In this document: positions 57,990 through 64,000 of the stretch, one piece after another
Layout: each line of letters starts with the position of its first letter
Position numbering within the stretch: the stretch's first letter is position 1
NCBI GenBank assembly: GCA_965652295.1
Contig: CBFGTS010000008.1
Coordinates: 64,001 to 128,000 of the forward strand
DNA length: 64,000 nucleotides
Origin: an uncultured Haloferula sp.
Lineage (GTDB): Bacteria; Verrucomicrobiota; Verrucomicrobiia; Verrucomicrobiales; Akkermansiaceae
Reading direction: 5' to 3'
Position numbers and translations under genes: made by a program
The notes under the pieces: model-generated
What the model saw: only the letters and a program-made list of their open reading frames with translations
What the model was told of the DNA's origin: nothing
Databases searched by the model: none

Positions 57990-58060
57990 ATTCGTGGCGG
58001 CGGATTGGATCCGCCAAGCCAGATTGATGATTGGCATGGCGGATGAAATCCGCCGCCACG
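57990..58060. repeat. Inverted doublet of REP-like family B
   Basis: attcgtggcggcggattggatccgccaagcc ... ggcatggcggatgaaatccgccgccacg. Confidence 0.75.
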
Positions 58061-58100
58061 GTTGCTTGCGGATTGTTAGGGATCCGGCTGAAGTGGGCGG

Positions 58101-59072
58101 ATGCGAAGGGTGTGTGCGGGTTTTGCGGCGGCGTTTCCGCTGTGGATTGTGCTGGGCTGTTTGTGGGCTTGGTGGCGGCCGGGGGACTGGACGTGGTTCG
58201 CACCATGGATCGAGCCGGGGTTGGGACTGATCATGTTAGGGATGGGCCTGACGCTGCGGGTGGCGGATTTCGCCGCGGTGGCGCGTCAACCGGGGACGGT
58301 GGGGCTGGGGGTGGCGGCGCAGTTCGTTATCATGCCGGCGAGCGGCTGGCTGGTGGCGAAGGCGTTCGCGCTGGAGCCGGAGCTGGCGCTGGGGCTGATC
58401 CTGGTTTCCTGCTGCCCGGGCGGGACGGCGAGCAATGTGATCTGCTATCTGGCGCGGGCGAATGTGGCGCTGAGCGTGCTGATGACGATGACATCGACGT
58501 TTGCCGCAATCGGGCTGACGCCGGTTCTGACGAAGTTGCTGGCCGGAAAGGTGCTGCCGGTGGACGCGTGGGCGCTTTTCCAATCGATGCTGATGGTGGT
58601 GCTGTTGCCGCTGGTGGCGGGCATCGCGGTGAGTTCAGGGTTGGGGAAACTTCGGCGGCCGGAGCGGGTAAGACAGGGGGTGGATGCGATCGGACCGGTG
58701 GTGAGCGTGGCGGTGATCGTGCTGATCGTCGGCTGCGTGGTGGGTTTGAAAAAGGAGCTGATCGTGCAGGCCGGGGCGGGGCTGTTCGTGGCGGTGTTCG
58801 TGCTCCACGCGCTGGGCTTCGGCGTGGGATACGGGGTGATGTGGTTTTTCCGTCGGGATGTGGCGATGCGCCGGACGGTATCGATCGAGGTGGGGATGCA
58901 GAACAGCGGGCTGGGCGCGGCGCTGGCGACGAAGCATTTCGCGGAGTTCGCCCTGGCGCCGGTGCCGGCGGCGATCTCGGCGGTATATCACAGCATCATC
59001 GGCAGTGTGCTGGCGGCCTGGTGGCGAAGGAAGCCGCCTGCTGCGGAGTGCCGGGTGGAAAGTAAAAAGTAG
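58101..59072 (+). CDS. Bile acid:sodium symporter (BASS) family transporter
   Basis: MLGMGLTL, AQFVIMP, CCPGGTASNV, SIEVGMQNSGLG. Confidence 0.92.
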   Translation: MRRVCAGFAAAFPLWIVLGCLWAWWRPGDWTWFAPWIEPGLGLIMLGMGLTLRVADFAAVARQPGTVGLGVAAQFVIMPASGWLVAKAFALEPELALGLILVSCCPGGTASNVICYLARANVALSVLMTMTSTFAAIGLTPVLTKLLAGKVLPVDAWALFQSMLMVVLLPLVAGIAVSSGLGKLRRPERVRQGVDAIGPVVSVAVIVLIVGCVVGLKKELIVQAGAGLFVAVFVLHALGFGVGYGVMWFFRRDVAMRRTVSIEVGMQNSGLGAALATKHFAEFALAPVPAAISAVYHSIIGSVLAAWWRRKPPAAECRVESKK

Positions 59073-59089
59073 AAAGTGGTGGAGACGAC

Positions 59090-59121
59090 AACGGCCGCTT
59101 CCCGATGAGGAAGCGGCCGTT
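59090..59121. terminator. Strong hairpin between convergent BASS and ndk genes
   Basis: AACGGCCGCTTCC-cgatga-GGAAGCGGCCGTT. Confidence 0.65.
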
Positions 59122-59182
59122 TGGAGAGCGGAAAGATGCCGGTCTGCCGCCGACGAGTCGGGGGAACAAGACCGGCGCTCCG

Positions 59183-59614
59183 TCAGAAGATTTCGCCTTC
59201 GTTGAAGAAACGCTTGAGTTCGGCCTGAGCGGCTTCGGGGCCGTCGGAGGCGTGGCAGACGTTGCGCATCTTGGCGTCGCCTTCCTTGTCACCGAAGTCG
59301 CCGCGGATGGTGCCGGGGGCGGCGGCCTTGGAATCGGTGGGGCCGAGGAGGTCGCGGATCTTGGCGATGACGTCATCGCCTTCGAGGGCGAGGGCGATCA
59401 CGGGGGTTTCCTGCATGAAACCGCGGACGTCGGGGAAGAAGGGTTTGTCGGCGATGTGGGAGTAGTGCTCGGCAAGGATTTCGTCGCTGAGCGCCATCAT
59501 CTTGATGCCGCGGATTTTGAAGCCTTCCTGTTCAAAGCGGGAAAGCACGGTTCCGACGAGGTTTTTGGCGACGGCGTCGGGCTTGAAGAGGATGAGGGTC
59601 GTCTCGAGAGCCAT
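59183..59614 (-). CDS. ndk: Nucleoside diphosphate kinase
   Basis: TLILFKPDAV, HIADKPFF, APGTIRGDFG, RNVCHASD. Confidence 0.96.
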   Translation of the reverse strand: MALETTLILFKPDAVAKNLVGTVLSRFEQEGFKIRGIKMMALSDEILAEHYSHIADKPFFPDVRGFMQETPVIALALEGDDVIAKIRDLLGPTDSKAAAPGTIRGDFGDKEGDAKMRNVCHASDGPEAAQAELKRFFNEGEIF

Positions 59615-59694
59615 GATGGGGGAGTTAGGCGGCGGGGGCGGGGCAGGCAAGTCCTTTCAGGATGGATGAGAGGATAGGCCGAGGAAAGGGGAGA

Positions 59695-60261
59695 TCAGAG
59701 GGAACGGGCGATCCGGGCGGCCAGTTGGGCGAAGAGGCGGGACTCGGCGGCGGCGAGGGCATTGTAGCCATCGGTCTCCAAAGGTTCGGTGCCGGACCAG
59801 CTTTGGGAGGCGATCATGCGGCGGTCCGGCAGCGAATAGACGCGCCAGGCGGCCTCGAGAAAGGCATCGCCGGTGTCGGTGCCGTGGAGCTGCCGGATGT
59901 CGATGCTGACCTGGTAGCGCAGATCCATGTCGCTGCTCCAAGGGTAGGTGCGGACATCGCCGGTGCCGAGCCGGCGGCCGAGGTTGGCGGCGAGGACCTG
60001 GGCGATGTTTTCATCGAGTTCGCCGGCCCAGCGGTGGGACTCGGCGACGGCGAGGCGGTTGCCCTCCTGTTGGAAGACGAGGTTGGAGCGGTCGAGGTAG
60101 GCGGCCACGGTGACGGGGCCGACGCCGATGCCCTTTCCGCCGCCGGAGGGCGCGGGCCCTTCGGGGGTGAGGAGGTAGTAGCTCTTCGGCTCCGCGCAGT
60201 GGGAGAGAAGCAGGGCGAGGAGGCCGAGGGTGAGGAAATGGAGAAAGGTGCGGGATTTCAT
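59695..60261 (-). CDS. pqiC: PqiC family lipoprotein
   Basis: Lipobox LSHC, YYLL, VGPVTVAAYLDR, HRWAGEL; downstream of pqiB. Confidence 0.85.
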   Translation of the reverse strand: MKSRTFLHFLTLGLLALLLSHCAEPKSYYLLTPEGPAPSGGGKGIGVGPVTVAAYLDRSNLVFQQEGNRLAVAESHRWAGELDENIAQVLAANLGRRLGTGDVRTYPWSSDMDLRYQVSIDIRQLHGTDTGDAFLEAAWRVYSLPDRRMIASQSWSGTEPLETDGYNALAAAESRLFAQLAARIARSL

Positions 60262-61916
60262 CGGCGGGCGCGCGGAATGGGATCGCCGGAAGACTCGCGT
60301 CCGAAAATCAGCGAGTTCGGCTTTTCATCGACGGTGTTGGAAAGGTTCTCGAACGATCGGGCGGCGGCGCGGATCTCATCGAGGGTGCGGCGGAGGTCGC
60401 CTTGGAGGGAGCCGGAGGGACCGAGGGAATTCACCGAGGTCTGGAGTTCGGCGAGCGTTTTGTTGATCTCCGCGGTGAGGCCCTGGGTCGAGTCGGAGGC
60501 GAGGATGGCTCTGGCTTCGGCGAGGGTTTCCTCGATCGAATCGAAGGCCTCGCGGGCTTCGGCGACGGTGACGGAGGTTTCATCGGCGGCGTTTCCGAAC
60601 TTCGTGAGCGTCTCCTCAAGAGGCAGGGCCTCGATTTTGGCGAGGATGTCATTGAGCCGTGCCTCGATCTGGGCCAGACCGCCGGGTTTGGAGGGGATGA
60701 CGGGCAGGTCGTTGACAACCTCCACCGTGGAGGGAGCCTCGGCGGGGTTGATATCCAGCGCGACGTAAAGGGCGCCCGTGATCAGGGAGGCGGAGCCGAG
60801 CTTGGCGCGGAGGCCTTTGCGAATGGCGGCGCGGAGATCGAATTCCCCTTCGACCTCCGGTTCCAAGGCGTTTTTGAGCACGGCGGATTCCAGCTCGATG
60901 AGGACGGGAATGCGGGTATCTCCGCCGTTCGAAAGCTTAAAGGAGATCTCGGTGACCCGACCGATCGGAACGCCTCGGAATTCCACCGCCGCGCCGCGCT
61001 GAAGACCGCGGACGGACTCATCGAACATGAGGAGCGCCCGGGTATCGGCGATGTAGTGGGCGTCTTCGGCCGAGGACTGGTCGCTGAACAGGGTGAAGAC
61101 ATCGCCGTCCTCGGCCGGTGGGGTGTCCTTGAGATCCGCGGGGGTCGAAAAGGTGGCTCCGCCGGTGACGAGTGCCTGCACCGAAGGGGTGCGGAACTTG
61201 AAGCCATCCGATCCGGCGGTGACGTCGAAGCCGCTGGTATTCCAAAAGCGGGTGCCTTTGCGGACGAGCGAAGCGTATCGTTCGCGGATCAGGACGCGAA
61301 ATTCGACCTGTTCTTCAGCGATCGAGAGGATGCGCTGTTCGACTTTTCCGACCTCGAACCCGAGGTAATAGATTGGCGAGCCGGCAGAAAGGGACCCAGC
61401 CTCTTTGGCCGTCAGGGTGAGCCGCAGGCCGGGGACCGACTGGCTGGTCACGGGAGGTTCTTCCAAGCCTTTGAACTCGGTGGAGTGTTTCTCCCGGGTG
61501 CCGGGATCCAGCTCGATGTAGGCACCGGTGATCAGCGTGCCGAGGCCGGAAACCGAGCTGGTGGAGACGCGGGGACGGACGACCCAGAAGCGGCTGTCGG
61601 AGCGCAGCAGGTCGGTGTAGTCCGGGCTGACACGGATCTGGACGACCGTCTTGAGGTTTTTCGTGAGCTGCACGGCCTCGACCATTCCAACGGGAACCGA
61701 GCGGCAGCGGAGTTCGGTTTTACCGGCCGCGATGCCTTCGGCGGTCTCGAACTGAACCGAGACCAGCGGGCCGCGGTCGACGTTGTTTTTCCACAGCAGC
61801 CATCCGGCGAGGACCAGGGCGACCAGCGGAACCACCCACACGCTGCTGATGCGTCGGCGCGGACGGATCGTGGGCCGGTGTTCGCGGATGTCGTCTTTTG
61901 GGTCTTCTTCAGTCAT
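60258..61916 (-). CDS. pqiB: PqiB family multi-MCE (MlaD) intermembrane transport protein
   Basis: VWVVPLVAL TM; three MCE domains (AEGIAAGKT, GSLSAGSPIYY, SVRGLQRGAAVEFRG); SLIFG. Confidence 0.92.
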   Translation of the reverse strand: MTEEDPKDDIREHRPTIRPRRRISSVWVVPLVALVLAGWLLWKNNVDRGPLVSVQFETAEGIAAGKTELRCRSVPVGMVEAVQLTKNLKTVVQIRVSPDYTDLLRSDSRFWVVRPRVSTSSVSGLGTLITGAYIELDPGTREKHSTEFKGLEEPPVTSQSVPGLRLTLTAKEAGSLSAGSPIYYLGFEVGKVEQRILSIAEEQVEFRVLIRERYASLVRKGTRFWNTSGFDVTAGSDGFKFRTPSVQALVTGGATFSTPADLKDTPPAEDGDVFTLFSDQSSAEDAHYIADTRALLMFDESVRGLQRGAAVEFRGVPIGRVTEISFKLSNGGDTRIPVLIELESAVLKNALEPEVEGEFDLRAAIRKGLRAKLGSASLITGALYVALDINPAEAPSTVEVVNDLPVIPSKPGGLAQIEARLNDILAKIEALPLEETLTKFGNAADETSVTVAEAREAFDSIEETLAEARAILASDSTQGLTAEINKTLAELQTSVNSLGPSGSLQGDLRRTLDEIRAAARSFENLSNTVDEKPNSLIFGRESSGDPIPRARR

Positions 61917-62557
61917 GCGGGGCGGCGCTGGTAGTCCCACAGCAGGCGGGGATCGAAACTCATGGCGGACAGCATGGTCAGGATGACGACGGTCGCAAAG
62001 GAAATGGCAGCCGGGCCGGGTTCAATGGTCATCAGGTTCCCGAGGCGGACGAGGCAGACGAGGATCGCCACGACGAAAACATCAACCATCGACCAGCGGC
62101 CGACGAGCTCGGTGATGTGGTAGGCCATGGCGTGGGAATGGGTGGAGCCGTTGGCACGGCCGATGGCGGCGAGGCAGAGCCAGCCGAGGGCGACGATCTT
62201 GAGGATGGGGATCAGCACCGAGGCGGTGAAAATGATGATCGCCACCGGATAGGAGCCGGAGTTCCAAAAGGTGACCACTCCGGCGAGGATCGTGGAACCG
62301 CCGGTGGAGCCGCCGCTGGCGGAGGTGCCGACGCCGTAGACATTCATTACGGGCAGGGTCATGGCCGGCACGTAGAAGGCGATGGCAGCGAGCAGCAGGG
62401 CCAGCGTGCGGGCAAGGCTGTGCGGCTTGCGCAGGTGAAGACGGCGGCCGCAGCGGGGGCAGTGGCCGAGGTCGAGCGGGCTGAGCTTTCCGCAGCATGA
62501 GCAGGAAGCCAGGCCGTGGTCGGCGGCGAAATCACCGGGTGGGGCATCCTCGATCAT
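61913..62557 (-). CDS. pqiA: Paraquat-inducible protein A (second copy)
   Basis: CxxC...CPRC, STILAGV, ASVLIPILK, GRWSMVDVFVV, FDPRLLWD. Confidence 0.9.
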   Translation of the reverse strand: MIEDAPPGDFAADHGLASCSCCGKLSPLDLGHCPRCGRRLHLRKPHSLARTLALLLAAIAFYVPAMTLPVMNVYGVGTSASGGSTGGSTILAGVVTFWNSGSYPVAIIIFTASVLIPILKIVALGWLCLAAIGRANGSTHSHAMAYHITELVGRWSMVDVFVVAILVCLVRLGNLMTIEPGPAAISFATVVILTMLSAMSFDPRLLWDYQRRPA

Positions 62558-63228
62558 GGTGGGTTGTGGTTGTGCGGTGGCAGGGGGCGGGCGATCTCGA
62601 TGCGGTCCCACAGCTCGCGGCGGTCGATGCCGGCCATGGCCCCCGCCAGGCAGATGACGACCGCCACCAGCGCCCATAGGCCGACTTCGAAATGAATCTC
62701 GGCGAGGTGACCCAGCTTCAACAGTGAAACGATGAAGCCCAGCAGGAAGACCTCAAGCATGGACCACGGTTCGGAGAGCTGGATCCAGCGGGCGAGGGTG
62801 ACAGTGCCGGGGAGGGTGCGGCCCCGCATCAGGGGCAGGCAGATATAGATGAGGCCAAGCGCGAGCAAGGTGGGGGAGACAATGGTGAAGATCACCGTGA
62901 GGATGGCGAGCAGGGTGGCTCCGTCGGCATGCAGGGCTTCGGCGGATTCCCAAAGGCCGAGCCGCGTGCGGCTGCCGGCCGCCTCCATGGTGAGGAAGGG
63001 GAAGGCGTGGGCGAGGATCATGAAGACCACGGCTCCGAGGGAGAAGCTGACGCAGCGGGAAAGCGAGCGCGGACGGTTCTGATAGAGCACTTCGCCGCAG
63101 TGGCCGCAGAAGGCGATCTCTCCCTCGTTCAGCCGTGGAGCGGGCTGGATGGCATCGCAGAAATGGCAGGCGACCCGCTCGTGGCGGTCGAGCCGGGGCC
63201 ATGGCAGTCCTGGATGGTGGCGGAGCAT
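62554..63228 (-). CDS. pqiA: Paraquat-inducible protein A (first copy)
   Basis: ACHFCD...CGHCG, PWSMLEVFLLGFIVSLLKL. Confidence 0.9.
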   Translation of the reverse strand: MLRHHPGLPWPRLDRHERVACHFCDAIQPAPRLNEGEIAFCGHCGEVLYQNRPRSLSRCVSFSLGAVVFMILAHAFPFLTMEAAGSRTRLGLWESAEALHADGATLLAILTVIFTIVSPTLLALGLIYICLPLMRGRTLPGTVTLARWIQLSEPWSMLEVFLLGFIVSLLKLGHLAEIHFEVGLWALVAVVICLAGAMAGIDRRELWDRIEIARPLPPHNHNPP

Positions 63229-63231
63229 GGA

Positions 63232-63999
63232 TCAATCGTCGGAGTCGAGGGTTTCCCCTCCGTCTGCGATGGCAGCCTGGTGCAGCGTGATCTGGGTGAA
63301 GGGGATGATCCAGCCCTGCTCGTTGCAGGTGTCGACACAGGCACGCTGGATCGCACGGTGCAACACATTGCGGCTGCGCGCCACTTCGCCGGTGAAATCC
63401 GCCAGTACCGCGTAGTCGAGCGAGGATGCCCCGGCGTTGCTGAACTCCACCTTCACGCTCTTCACGTTTTCCCGCTCCACGGCGGCGACCAGGGCGCGGT
63501 GGATGGACTCGGTGAGAATCTCGGGAACCTCGGTGGTGCAGATGGCCTGGTGGGCGTAGTCGATACCGAAGGTGGCCGAGACGCGGAAACCCTTCGAGAG
63601 ATTCTCCGGGGAAAGCGTGAGGAAATCTCCGACCGGATACTGCCTGCGGCTGCCGCCGAGCTGGAGAATGACGACCGCCTCCGGGGTTTGGGTGAGGACT
63701 TTGCCGAAGGTGCCGTCGGAGAGCACGATCCAATCGTCCTCGTCGCAGGGGAACCACGGTTCCTTTTTTCCCGGCGTGCGGGAGCGCAGGCCGATGACTT
63801 CGCGGATCGGCAGCCGCAGCCGGGCGTCACCGAGCTTTGGATTACTAAATCCACAGTAGAAACCGAGGCTGTCGACGCGCCATGGGACACCATCGATGAC
63901 GATTCGCTCCCCCTCGCGCACCGGCCCGAGGTTGAGGATGGTGCGGATCTGATCGGCGTAGGGGACGAGCGAGTTCCGCGAGGCGATGACCACCGCGAT
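63232..63999 (-). CDS. MscS-like mechanosensitive channel family protein (5' part beyond window)
   Basis: LNLGPVREGERI, EPWFP, FGIDYAHQ, GWIIPFTQITLH; frame open to the window end. Confidence 0.7.
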   Translation of the reverse strand: MAVVIASRNSLVPYADQIRTILNLGPVREGERIVIDGVPWRVDSLGFYCGFSNPKLGDARLRLPIREVIGLRSRTPGKKEPWFPCDEDDWIVLSDGTFGKVLTQTPEAVVILQLGGSRRQYPVGDFLTLSPENLSKGFRVSATFGIDYAHQAICTTEVPEILTESIHRALVAAVERENVKSVKVEFSNAGASSLDYAVLADFTGEVARSRNVLHRAIQRACVDTCNEQGWIIPFTQITLHQAAIADGGETLDSDD

Positions 64000-64000
64000 G

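Noticed and set aside
677..61934. Many long antisense/alternate-frame ORFs (e.g. 28377-30245+, 34388-36268+, 46660-48342-, 50929-52710-, 60402-61934+)
   Set aside because: They shadow well-supported genes, show no recognisable motifs, and are expected from stop-codon scarcity in high-GC3 DNA.

Overview
GC-rich bacterial chromosome segment. The gene content (PEP-CTERM protein, DUF1800/DUF1501 pair, GYF/CD225 proteins, prepilin cassette, SHD1 domain) points to Verrucomicrobiota (Haloferula/Luteolibacter-like); this placement is inference. Most of the window is core genes: accA, panB, folK, dapA/B/F, trpA, nuoBC, galE, aroB, adk, fmt, araD-kduI-kduD, aspS, hisS, recF, ribE, tRNA-Ala(GGC), bioF, clpB, ilvC, ndk and pqiABC. 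I found no CRISPR array, integrase, transposase or reverse transcriptase. The main oddities are small accessory genes wedged into housekeeping gene runs. (i) A GxxExxY PD-(D/E)XK nuclease gene between hisS and aspS is bracketed by a perfect 19-bp inverted repeat built from 9-mer units, and one arm contains its start codon. (ii) An RHH-PIN toxin-antitoxin pair and a decayed zeta-like ATPase sit between dapF and dapA. (iii) A split polyvalent-type kinase gene has two frames that join at an in-phase T_TTA_AAG slippery heptamer. (iv) Six orphan period-7 tandem repeats and two REP-like families occur at gene junctions. Also notable are a five-gene PEP-CTERM / giant DUF1800 / Tat-DUF1501 / GspG-like / GH2 operon, a WYL gene divergent from a GYF-CD225-DUF2752 cluster, a perfect Rex-type operator before nuoBC, and a TrhO-RluA fusion. 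All protein assignments come from motif recognition by eye; no database searches were run.
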